A stretch of DNA of 63,184 nucleotides, the filler included, from Stramenopiles sp. TOSAG23-2 (taxonomy: Eukaryota), in NCBI GenBank assembly GCA_900128395.1. It is 9 parts of 9 records of this genome, joined end to end, with 100 filler letters (N's around TTAATTAATTAA, not from the genome) between each part and the next. Parts side by side here need not be neighbours in the genome. Positions count along the whole stretch, not along the records: positions 1 to 25,870 come from LT649445.1; positions 25,971 to 51,791 come from LT649446.1; 7 more parts are not named here. One strand, 5' to 3'. Shown one piece after another: positions 20,257 to 30,027 of the stretch. The position numbers were made by a program, and so were the translations under genes. A model generated the notes under the pieces. That model was not told the DNA's origin and ran no database searches. It saw only the letters and a list, made by a program, of their open reading frames with translations. Position 1 is the first letter of the stretch, and each line of letters begins with the position of its first letter.

Positions 20257-20523
20257 GCAGTGCTACCCTCTAAACCGTGAGAAAACTGTACACTTAATAA
20301 ATAACACTATTCACTATGGGAAATATGTATATATCGTTTTCTAAAATGCCAATTTTATTTTTCATATATTTGTAAAAAATATCAAATATCCGAAAATATA
20401 TAAAAAATGATGAATATTTCGATCACATCATATTTTTTTCCTATAGTGAATAGTGTTATTTATTAAGTGTACAGTTTTCTCACGGTTTGTACAGTTTTCT
20501 CACGGTTTAGAGGGTAGCACTGC
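20257..20523. mobile_element. MITE, 267 bp, with about 60-bp terminal inverted repeats and a 4-bp direct repeat (CTAC) on both flanks
   Basis: Left end GCAGTGCTACCCTCTAAACCGTGAGAAAACTGTACACTTAATAAATAACACTATTCACTAT. The right end is its reverse complement plus a 20-bp internal duplication. CTAC at 20253-20256 and 20524-20527. Confidence 0.9.
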
Positions 20524-20822
20524 CTACCACCAAGCCAGGCAAGGTAGCTAGCTCGAGCTACCAATTAGTCGTCTACCACACAGTATGTGTGTTCATATGA
20601 TACAAAAAATAATATCATCATCAAGTGCCGGAGAAGAGTATGCGAGTGCCAAACTATTCCTAGTACTTCCTGAAAATATGAAAAGTCTAGGACCTAGATT
20701 ATCAGTGCCAAACTGGCAAACAACATTTTTATTTTCATGCGTAAATATATTACGTACATATAATATATTTCATTTTATATTGTAAAACAAAATAATTTTC
20801 TCATATACACGTTTTTGAAAGC

Positions 20823-21407
20823 ATGGAATATGATGAATACCTTAGTGGCTTACCAACATTAGATGAAAATAATGATTCAATTAAATTTACTGTTCGTGAG
20901 GGTCGTCTTGAGGAAGCAAATTTGATTGGGAAAATAATTAACAAAGCATTTGTGGAGGGCGATGCGTGGTTCAAAAAAGCAGAAAACCATTTACGCTTTG
21001 ATAGAGAAGGGAAAAGAATGGCGCAGATATTATCTGATCGCGAAAATAGTCGAATTTTAGTTGCTGAGACGGATGATGATAATAAATATTTGATAGGTGC
21101 TGTTTTGCTTGATTGGAAAGATACTGTAGGTCACTGGGGTGCTTTATCTTGCCCATATATATATAGTGGGCGTGGTGTTGGAACTAAATTGGTACAAACA
21201 TCGATAAATTTTTTCAAATCCATGGAAAATGTGAAAAAAATTGAAATAACTGTCCTTTCAACAAAAAATGAAAGATTAGTGGCATGGTATGAACAAAAAG
21301 GTCTTAAAAAAATCGACGGTGAATATGATTTTGTCGCTCCTAAAATAGTGTTAGATGAATACAAAGGAAAAATAAAAATGATATCAATGGAGATGCCGTG
21401 TGTTTAA
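20823..21407 (+). CDS. GNAT-family N-acetyltransferase
   Basis: Acetyl-CoA motif YSGRGVGTKLV; LVAWYEQKGL; ILVAE...IGAV. Confidence 0.88.
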   Translation: MEYDEYLSGLPTLDENNDSIKFTVREGRLEEANLIGKIINKAFVEGDAWFKKAENHLRFDREGKRMAQILSDRENSRILVAETDDDNKYLIGAVLLDWKDTVGHWGALSCPYIYSGRGVGTKLVQTSINFFKSMENVKKIEITVLSTKNERLVAWYEQKGLKKIDGEYDFVAPKIVLDEYKGKIKMISMEMPCV

Positions 21408-21491
21408 AATAAAAATACGTATTATTTATTTACGCGAGAACGTAACAAATATTATATTTATTTTTATATTTCACACCGTTATTATTGGTTT

Positions 21492-23702
21492 CTATTTTTC
21501 ATTATTTTCTTCTTCTTCTTCTATTTTGCTTTCATTTTCTTTTTTATATTCTACTGGTAAACCATATCCTAATTTTTGATGATTCTCTACTACTTGTTCT
21601 TCTGTTACTACATCCGTATCTTTTTCATACTCTACTGGTAAACCATATCCTAATTTTTGATGATTCTCTACTACTTGTTCTTCTGTTACTACATCCGTAC
21701 CTTTTCCATATTCTACTGGTAAACCATATCCTAATTTTTGATGATTCTCTACTACTTGTTCTTCTGTTGCTGCATTCGTATCTTTTTCATACTCTACTTG
21801 TAAACCATATCCTAATTTTTGATGATCGTCTACAATTTTCTCTTCAGCATTAGAACCATTTATAACATCACTTCTTGTTCCCAGAGCATCTTCCTTTACT
21901 TCTTTTCCTGCCTCTTCCTTTTTTTTTCGGTCTTCTTTTATTTTACTAACTCTTTTTCTAGCTATTTTTCCTCTTCCAATGCGTTGAATATTTTGTGCTG
22001 CTTTTAGTTTTTGTTCATCTTCTATTTTTTTCTGTTCTAATCGCTTTTTGTCTTGTGCTTCTTCAAATGCTTTTTTTCTTCTTGCCATTTTTTCTTCATT
22101 TACTTTTAAACGTCTTGCAATTTCTTCTTCTTCTATTTTACGCTGCTCTTCTTCCTCTTTTGCCTTTTCAATTGCATCTCTTTCTTTAATTAATCGCATT
22201 CTTTCAGCTGCTTTTGCCCGTGCTGCTTCTTCCTGCGCTAAACGTTCTTGTTCCTCTTTTTCAGCTGCTATACGTCTTAATCTATATCGTTCTTCCCTGG
22301 CAAGTCTTTCCTCGTCTGTTTCGATTTTTTCAACGTCATCATTAGCGGAAGTTTCTTTGCCGCCATCTATACTAACACTTTGAGTACTATGTTCATGTTC
22401 TAATGATTGATATATCGTTGGATCTGACGTATTTGGACGAGTTGGTTCTGTATCATTAGTATCAATATTACTATTTGGCGTTGTTTTTGGCCTTGTATTT
22501 GGATTTGGATTGTATACAGCTTTTGTTGACTTTGGGGAACCTCTATTTTTTCTACGTAATCGTGGTGCAGGATAACGTGGTGGAGTCATTCGAATATCCA
22601 ATGCTGATGATGCTTTTTTCAATGCTTTTTTAATAGGTTTACGCATATCAAGTGGAGCATCAGTAGTTTGTTCCAATCGTGTTAAAAAGCGTGGCATACC
22701 TTTTGGTGCGGATGTCGGCCGTATCGCTTGCCAATTACCATGTCTTGTAGGGGGATTCACTAATGGTGAGACACTTAAACGATATAAAGCAGCAATATCA
22801 TCTTGAGACATTCTATTTCGTCTACTACGTTTTGCACTTGTCGTTTTTGGTCGTTGTTTATGATGGTGAAGATGGCTATCTTTTTTCGGAGGATTCAAAA
22901 CAGATACAATAGGTCCTGATTTTGCATTAGCTGATTCATCTTTCGCAAAATATTTTGGCTTTTTTTTCAATTTAAGAGGTTTTCTTGAGCCAGGTGGTCC
23001 ATGTTTCACTCTTCTTTTTTGTTCTTCACGATATCGCGCATTTTTTATTTTCATTAATTTAACTTGTTTTCTTTTCTCCTCGAGTCTTCCTTCCCATTCT
23101 TTTTCCATATCTTCTTGTGTTTTTTTCAATCTATTTTTTTCCTTTATTTTATTTCTTCTAGCTTCTTCACAAAATTCCTCATATGAAATACTTTTAGAGA
23201 TATTTTTGGTAAAACGTAAACGCTTTTCTTCCCTTTTCTTTGCAGTAGCTGCTTCTTTCGCTTCTTTGTCTGCTTTTTCTCTGGCTTCTAATTCCATTTT
23301 CCATGCTTCATAAGCCGCTTTTACCTCCTCTTCACTACGTATTTTGCGGTCGAAAGAGTGTTTTTTTACTCCATGATTGTTCCATAACCATTGTGGTGTC
23401 CACTTCGGTTTTGGGCTTTCGTTCCCAGCTTCCTCCTCATCTCCTTTCTTCTTCTTACTTTTAGGTGACTTTTTTCTAGGGGATCTGCCAAGCTGAATTT
23501 CTCCACCTCTTGCCATTATGTAGACATCTAACTTTCTATCAATTGCTATATCTTGTTCTAAATTTTTCAACCAAGCAGGTCGCCAAGTTGCACTGGAAGA
23601 ACTATGTGGTGTTGACATAGCCATTGGCATAAATTTATTAAATAGGGCGTTCGATTTCCTACCTCCACTTGCATGCCATACAGGTTTACTACCACCACTC
23701 AT
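21492..23702 (-). CDS. Hypothetical protein with charged helices, an IQ motif and a C-terminal 25-aa tandem repeat
   Basis: IQ motif AAQNIQRIGRGKIARK; E/K/R-rich segments; four copies of HQKLGYGL(P/Q)VEY. Confidence 0.85.
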   Translation of the reverse strand: MSGGSKPVWHASGGRKSNALFNKFMPMAMSTPHSSSSATWRPAWLKNLEQDIAIDRKLDVYIMARGGEIQLGRSPRKKSPKSKKKKGDEEEAGNESPKPKWTPQWLWNNHGVKKHSFDRKIRSEEEVKAAYEAWKMELEAREKADKEAKEAATAKKREEKRLRFTKNISKSISYEEFCEEARRNKIKEKNRLKKTQEDMEKEWEGRLEEKRKQVKLMKIKNARYREEQKRRVKHGPPGSRKPLKLKKKPKYFAKDESANAKSGPIVSVLNPPKKDSHLHHHKQRPKTTSAKRSRRNRMSQDDIAALYRLSVSPLVNPPTRHGNWQAIRPTSAPKGMPRFLTRLEQTTDAPLDMRKPIKKALKKASSALDIRMTPPRYPAPRLRRKNRGSPKSTKAVYNPNPNTRPKTTPNSNIDTNDTEPTRPNTSDPTIYQSLEHEHSTQSVSIDGGKETSANDDVEKIETDEERLAREERYRLRRIAAEKEEQERLAQEEAARAKAAERMRLIKERDAIEKAKEEEEQRKIEEEEIARRLKVNEEKMARRKKAFEEAQDKKRLEQKKIEDEQKLKAAQNIQRIGRGKIARKRVSKIKEDRKKKEEAGKEVKEDALGTRSDVINGSNAEEKIVDDHQKLGYGLQVEYEKDTNAATEEQVVENHQKLGYGLPVEYGKGTDVVTEEQVVENHQKLGYGLPVEYEKDTDVVTEEQVVENHQKLGYGLPVEYKKENESKIEEEEENNEK
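21540..21840 (-). repeat. 75-bp coding tandem repeat, about 4 units
   Basis: TAAACCATATCCTAATTTTTGATGAT recurs every 75 nt. Confidence 0.92.
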
Positions 23703-24335
23703 GACTTTATTTACTTCTATATGTATGTATATATATGTGTGTATCTATATCACTTCTATAATTATTTGTTTTACTGTATCAAAAAAAAATGTAGTTTCTA
23801 TATGTTGCTTTGGTTTGAATCTATAATGTATTTTGTTCTTCCTGCATACCTGTACATAAGATTATAATATTATATTATTCCACAACGGAAAAAAAAAATG
23901 GGTCGACGAGTCTAATAATACTTTTCAGCTTTCGCGAAGAAGAAGCTTCGAGCAAAAGCTCGACTAACAGCGTAATATTACAGTAGTATATTATTGTAAT
24001 AGGAAAGCTAGGGAGTGTGTATATACTACACTATAATAATAGCTAGGTCGAGTCAAATTGGTATTTAATGCTGTGTGTGTACGTATATTGTTCCATAAAT
24101 TCCAGTTTCCAAAAACCTGTTTTTAAATTTTAAAAACTATTAGTTGGAACATTATTGTACTACTTTAGCAACTTTACGTATAGTTTAAGTTCTTCTGTTC
24201 AAAATATAGCAAAAAATAGACAAATAACAGTAAAGATAAATAAATCATGGTATATATATATATATATTTAGCCAGGGTTAGGTGGAAGAAAAGAAGGGAA
24301 TTTTACTTTTAAATATGCATCGATAACTTTTTATC

Positions 24336-25073
24336 TCATTCGAAGTCTGGTTCGACTTCGGCTTTTGCTTTAGATGATACACAACAACTAATACAATTCA
24401 CGAAGAAAGTAAATGTAGCAGCAATACATGTTATAAACGCTACACCAGCAAGAGTCATAAATTTCTCGCCCATACCACAAAGGGAATCAATAAATGCTGT
24501 AATAGCTGCCATACACTCCTTTGTACACCAAGCATTATTATCGTTATTTACTTTAGCTGCTGTCATAATAGGCAGCCACTTATCACATATCTGTTGATCA
24601 AGCATAGTCTTGGCTATATATGGAATTATCACACATGCTGCTCCGGCTGCAAATCCCAATGCTGTAGAAAAGCATGAAATGCAACCGCAACAATTTTCTT
24701 GGCACCTATTGTGTGTTTTCTTACCGCATGCCGTACACCATGGTGGTAAAAATAAAACCGCAACACCAAACCCAACTGCCATGACACCCAACCGAATAAG
24801 TTGAACTACTTCGTTGGCGAGATCATCTAATTCTGGTATCTGATCGGCATACATTGACTGATGAAATGAACATTGCTTCGTTATATTGTGCGTAATCCTA
24901 ACCCCCTTAACTGTTGTTGTATCTGCCGGCCAAGTCTCTATGCATTTCTCTGCCTTAGGTGTAATCCTAGTCCAAACAATAACTGTTAAAGCACAAATTG
25001 AAATTAAAAACCCAGATAAAACTGTTGCTATTGATGAATATTTCAATATATTTGCAGTTCTTTCGCCTGCCAT
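24336..25073 (-). CDS. Cys-rich multi-pass (about 4 TM) membrane protein
   Basis: Four hydrophobic segments; many Cys (CQENCCGCISC, CISCCV); two Cys-containing loops. Confidence 0.75.
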   Translation of the reverse strand: MAGERTANILKYSSIATVLSGFLISICALTVIVWTRITPKAEKCIETWPADTTTVKGVRITHNITKQCSFHQSMYADQIPELDDLANEVVQLIRLGVMAVGFGVAVLFLPPWCTACGKKTHNRCQENCCGCISCFSTALGFAAGAACVIIPYIAKTMLDQQICDKWLPIMTAAKVNNDNNAWCTKECMAAITAFIDSLCGMGEKFMTLAGVAFITCIAATFTFFVNCISCCVSSKAKAEVEPDFE

Positions 25074-25445
25074 ATTTCTGTTTTAATACTTTATTGCCTA
25101 TGACAAAGAGTGGCGTTTTTAAACATATGAGAGAAATTAATAGTGCGATTAACACACTTGTGTTTTGATATTTTTACTTTGCCAGAATGCTAGAATTTTA
25201 ATGTCTACGAGGATAAACGGTTGTTGTTAGTATAGTAGTTTATAATAGTCTATAATACTTAGTAATAGCGTTTATTACAGCTGATGGACAGCAGCAGTGT
25301 AAGAAGTGAAGTTATAATAAATACGTTTCTAGTTTCTATATATTGTACGTTTTTACCACACAGTACGCAGCCGCCTCCTCTAAAAGCTTGATCGTACAGT
25401 AATTATTACAGTACGAGGAGGAGTGGTAGAATATACTACGTGCAT

Positions 25446-25483
25446 CACCCGACACCCCGAACACCCGACACCCGAACACCCGA
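25446..25483. repeat. (CACCCGA/CACCCGAA)n short tandem repeat, about 5 units
   Basis: cacccgacaccccgaacacccgacacccgaacacccga. Confidence 0.9.
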
Positions 25484-25838
25484 CCTAACTCCGTATACTA
25501 GCTAGACTAGCTACTCAGCATAGGAAACCATGAGCAAAAGAGCACCACTAATAAGCTCCTCATTAAGAATCGTAGCGTTTTTTCATGTTATTTTATAGTT
25601 ATATACTGTATTTAACATGGAACATGGATGGAACATGGATCTGCCTTCTGTCTTAATAGCAGCTATCATCTGATTCTTGTATTATAATAAGTATAATATA
25701 TAAAGTTTACAAAAAAAAATAAATTTTATTATACCTGGTATAATTTTTGCCAGGTTTGCACATCTCATTTTTTTTGTCGTCCATCTTCTGGCCATCGCAT
25801 CTTAATCTGGCCATCCATTTCATGCACTGTACAAACAA

Positions 25839-25870
<32 letters not shown>

Positions 25871-25970
25871 NNNNNNNNNNNNNNNNNNNNNNNNNNNNNN
25901 NNNNNNNNNNNNNNTTAATTAATTAANNNNNNNNNNNNNNNNNNNNNNNNNNNNNNNNNNNNNNNNNNNN
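25871..25970. other. Artificial contig-join spacer (N44-TTAATTAATTAA-N44); also at 51792-51891, 53420-53519, 55048-55147, 56676-56775, 58304-58403, 59931-60030 and 61558-61657
   Basis: Identical 100-nt spacers carrying a six-frame stop linker. Confidence 0.99.
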
Positions 25971-26121
25971 TCGGTATTGTACGCTGTACGTAAATCATAA
26001 TGAATTAATAATAGAGAAAGAGTCTAGATAAAGTAGAAGATAGGAATAGTAACAACTAACAAAGGTATGTAGAACCAACTAATAATACAATTAATTAAAC
26101 AAGTCAACGTAAAATAAGAGA

Positions 26122-27555
26122 ATGTTTCGAAATCGTCTACTATTCAACGTTGCTAAAAGAAGAACACCATTTTTATATAAGGAAAGGAATCATAATGCTG
26201 CAATCATGAAAATGCAAAAATATTTTCTCAATACTTCTGCTTCTATTCATAATGAAAGTATATGTATCGCTTCCATAATTTTGACGGACCAAGGTGAAAA
26301 AATTGATATACAATGGAACAATGGAGAAAGTAGCACGTATCATGCTAGATGGTTATTTGAAAATTGTCCATCCATATATGAAGATCAAACCGGTCAAAAA
26401 ATAAGTCGTGATTCACCAAGGCATATTCTCAAAGGATATGATGATAACTATTATGATAAAACAACAAAAAAGAAACAAAAATTAATAATTGAAAAAGTAA
26501 ATATATTAAACGGTGGTAAAAAAATCGAAATAAAATGGCCATGGGAAGATGACGTGGATCAATGTAATAATAAAAGTATTTTTGATAGTGTACATTTGAA
26601 AAAACATAGCTATTCAAACAAGGCGTTAGAAAATCAAAGTAAACGTTTTGACCCTTTAAATACAGCATTAAAAAGTACAGATCCGATACCGAAAATATCA
26701 TATAATGAAATTATGGAGTCGGATAAAGGAGTGTTTCAATGGACCGACCATTTAACAAAATGCGGTATATGCCTCGTAACTGATTTACCAAATATACTGG
26801 AAACAATACAAGATGTAGCATCAAGAATATGTCCAACTATTGAAACATTATATGGTCGGACATTTGATGTTCGTGTGGAGGAAAATGCGATCAATATTGC
26901 TTATACATCAGCACCATTGGAGCCACATATGGATTTAGCGTATTATGAATCGCCACCGGGTATACAAATGTTGCATTGCTTAAAATTTGCAGATACGATT
27001 GTAGGAGGTGAAAGTACTTTTGTGGATACGTTTATTATAGCCGACGTCCTACGAAAACGTTACCCAGAGGCATTTGAAGCATTATGTACTATACCAGCAA
27101 CGTTTCAAAAAAGTCATGTGGAACGTGAGCACCCAGCACAAATGTTTTACCAAAGGCCACATATCTCAACAAATCATCAAGGGGAAGTAAACGCAGTTTT
27201 TTGGAGCCCACCATTTGAAGGTCCATTGAAGGTTCATGCAAATGATGTTGATAAATATTATGATGCATATGATAAATTTAAATATTTGTTATTGCATGAT
27301 ACAGAATTTCTAAATCAATGGAAGCTTGAATTTAGGCTGAAACCAGGGGAAATGGTTACATTCAATCAACGCCGGATGCTACATGGTAGAAATGGTTGGG
27401 AAGATTTACATAGTGGGGGTGTGAGGCATTTACAAGGTACATATTTAAATATCGATGACTTTTTAAATCGCTATCGATATTTACGTTCAAAATATGATAA
27501 TGTTGACTTAGGATTGGAAAGTATTGTACGAGCAAGTAATAGTTCTTTTTCGTAG
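26122..27555 (+). CDS. Gamma-butyrobetaine/trimethyllysine dioxygenase family (TauD-type Fe/2OG dioxygenase), likely mitochondrial
   Basis: GBBH-like N domain (I.W..G..S.Y...WL..NCP); facial triad PHMD...RMLHGR; GGESTFVD; RHLQGTY; Arg-rich presequence. Confidence 0.92.
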   Translation: MFRNRLLFNVAKRRTPFLYKERNHNAAIMKMQKYFLNTSASIHNESICIASIILTDQGEKIDIQWNNGESSTYHARWLFENCPSIYEDQTGQKISRDSPRHILKGYDDNYYDKTTKKKQKLIIEKVNILNGGKKIEIKWPWEDDVDQCNNKSIFDSVHLKKHSYSNKALENQSKRFDPLNTALKSTDPIPKISYNEIMESDKGVFQWTDHLTKCGICLVTDLPNILETIQDVASRICPTIETLYGRTFDVRVEENAINIAYTSAPLEPHMDLAYYESPPGIQMLHCLKFADTIVGGESTFVDTFIIADVLRKRYPEAFEALCTIPATFQKSHVEREHPAQMFYQRPHISTNHQGEVNAVFWSPPFEGPLKVHANDVDKYYDAYDKFKYLLLHDTEFLNQWKLEFRLKPGEMVTFNQRRMLHGRNGWEDLHSGGVRHLQGTYLNIDDFLNRYRYLRSKYDNVDLGLESIVRASNSSFS

Positions 27556-28116
27556 AAAAAAATCAAATAAATGGGAATTTTTTTGATAAATACGAGAGGT
27601 GTTTGTGTGTGTGTATCTCTGTGTGTGTGTTCCTTTATTTTGTAAAAGTATTTTAACTTAAAATTTACGACCGTGTAATATTTTGTACGTAGCAGCGGTA
27701 CCTGTATATTATAATATTTTTTTAAAAATTGATACCAGGAGAGGTATATATCATGCTGGTATATGATATTTTTATGCATTTACGAAAGTAACATTTTATC
27801 ACAATTTTTTTTAGTACGCGTCGTAAAAGAAAATAATTTTTTAAAATAAAACGAACTCGTATATATTTGAATTTTAAATAAAACATATATGAGTAAAAGA
27901 GAACATTTTATATATGACCATACTGGTATTAGCACAACTCACAAAAATTAACACCAGAATATCCGAATATATCTATTGTACATATATGCGCACCTCCTTA
28001 AATATATAAAAAATTTCTCTTTAAAATATATATATATTATATATATATATATAATATATATAAAATATACATATATGATACATATATATTTATACCACAT
28101 CATTTATACTGGGAAA

Positions 28117-29244
28117 TTATTTTTCATTATCATATACATTATCATAATTTAAATGTTTAATTAAGTAAGATCCTTCCTTTATTTCTGTTGTATATGTCCA
28201 ATCTTTAAAAACGACATTTGGATCACTTTTATTATTATTGTTATCATCATCATTTGTAACATCAATATTATCACATAAACGTATATTTGATTTATCTTCA
28301 ACAATTCTGCATGGTATACTAGATCCAGAATTTTCACCATAAATTTCCATAGCTTCCTCGTATTTTCTTGCAACGTATTCTGTAGTTGGTGTGTGAACAT
28401 CAAATTTTTTCCCCAGATCAAGCCCTAAAGTAATATCTTTATGCATCATTTTGCTAGTAAAATCTGGATAATAATCACCTTTCATCATTCTAGGTACTTC
28501 AGTCTCCCAACAAAAACTATTACCACTGCTAACACGCATTGCATCAAAAACTGTTTTCATATCTATCCCTGCTTTTTTCGCTACACACAGTGCTTCACCT
28601 ACTGCCACGTCATGCACTGCACATAGTATGTTACTAAATATTTTAATAATAGTGGCATGACCAAAATCACCACAGCGAACTATACGTGGTGCTGATAATG
28701 CTATTAAATCTTCCACTTTGTTTAAAACTTCTTCCTGCGCACCAACTAAAGTAACCATTTTACCTTCTCGCAAAATTTGCATACCTCCAGTTAACGGCGC
28801 TTCAACGGCATTTGCACCTTTACTTTCTACCAGTTGCTTTATTTTTTCAGTATTTTCAAAATCAGTTGTACTATGCTCGATCCAAGTTGATCCAGGTTGC
28901 AAACCAGCTAATATGCCATCATCACCAGAAAAGGCTTCAGTAACGTGTTCCGGTCTTGGTAACGCTGTAATGATGACTTCAGATTTTTGAGCTGCTTCAT
29001 ATGCAGAATCAGCCCATATTGCATCTGTTAACAACGGTCGCAACGGTTCTGGTATATTTTTGTCACCTTCAATATCATATAAGATTACAGGCACATTGTT
29101 ACGTAATAAATTTGTAGCTACTGCTGCTCCCATTTGTCCAATGCCAATAATGGCAGTTGATGACCAATTTGTTTTTGTTGAAAAATAATTGCAATACTTA
29201 GTTTTTGAAATAATCTTCCGGTTGAATAGAGATAAATAATTCAT
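28117..29244 (-). CDS. 3-hydroxyisobutyrate dehydrogenase / beta-hydroxyacid dehydrogenase family
   Basis: IIGIGQMGAAVATNL Rossmann motif; EAPLTGG; catalytic Lys in IIKIFSN; FTSKMMHKD. ATG at 29244 (MNYLS). Confidence 0.92.
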   Translation of the reverse strand: MNYLSLFNRKIISKTKYCNYFSTKTNWSSTAIIGIGQMGAAVATNLLRNNVPVILYDIEGDKNIPEPLRPLLTDAIWADSAYEAAQKSEVIITALPRPEHVTEAFSGDDGILAGLQPGSTWIEHSTTDFENTEKIKQLVESKGANAVEAPLTGGMQILREGKMVTLVGAQEEVLNKVEDLIALSAPRIVRCGDFGHATIIKIFSNILCAVHDVAVGEALCVAKKAGIDMKTVFDAMRVSSGNSFCWETEVPRMMKGDYYPDFTSKMMHKDITLGLDLGKKFDVHTPTTEYVARKYEEAMEIYGENSGSSIPCRIVEDKSNIRLCDNIDVTNDDDNNNNKSDPNVVFKDWTYTTEIKEGSYLIKHLNYDNVYDNEK

Positions 29245-30027
29245 TCTATTATTATAAATAATATTATACTTCACGATAATGTTAATGATAAAATCAATAA
29301 TATGATACAACGTTGTTATCTAAGTATCTTTTTTCGGATCAATCTGTACATACATATAAATGACTATATCTATTTTCCTTGAATACGTCTATCTTTATTA
29401 AAAGCAATTCAATATAATTGACGACAATTGACAACAAATATTATACATATATAATTTCAATAATAGCACAATACAACAATGCCAGAATGCAATGATGATG
29501 ATGAATAGTGCAATCCAGCAATCTAAGTACGGTAGCTACTCAGGAAACCTTAACGAGCAAATCCACTACGCACCTCAAGAATCGGAGCGTAGCGTATTTA
29601 TACGGTAGCTACAGTACCTGGGTATCCTTAACATTAAAAGTCTAGGACCTAGATTAGTATAACATCATCAGAAAAATTTCTGAAATCGTTCATACTTTTT
29701 TAAAAATATATTAAGTATATATAATTGTATACTAAGATTAACATCAATATTTCCTTGTGTAAGATGTAAAGGCCTATGCCGAAGTAGTATTATAAATAAA
29801 AGATCCATACAGTATAATTTGGTGGTGGATAATATGTGTGCTCACAGCACCCAGAGCACACATTTTTTATACATGTAATAAATTAATACTTATTGATGCA
29901 CATATTACTGTATGTACAAATGACATTGCAATTACATATTAATATACATATGAACTATATATTACATCGTATACATACGCTTAGATACATATACCCAACA
30001 TCAACATATTCTAACATCGGAGGAAAG

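Noticed and set aside
18383..21407. APH plus GNAT as an aminoglycoside-resistance pair
   Set aside because: The kinase is of the ACAD10/11-like type with a PTS1, and GNAT specificity cannot be read from the sequence.
21485..21853. Hydrophobic repeated ORF on the + strand
   Set aside because: Antisense shadow of the 75-bp coding repeat.
25446..25483. CACCCGA repeats near a contig end as telomeric repeats
   Set aside because: Only about five irregular units, 390 bp from the end and followed by unique sequence.
25915..25926. TTAATTAATTAA palindrome recurring eight times
   Set aside because: Artificial six-frame stop linker inside N spacers.
29893..30027. N-terminal extensions given by the ORF track (also at 5093, 16961, 29310, 31426, 37767, 43499, 54182, 61414)
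   Set aside because: They start at TTG/GTG or run through AT-rich UTR-like sequence; downstream ATGs fit better.
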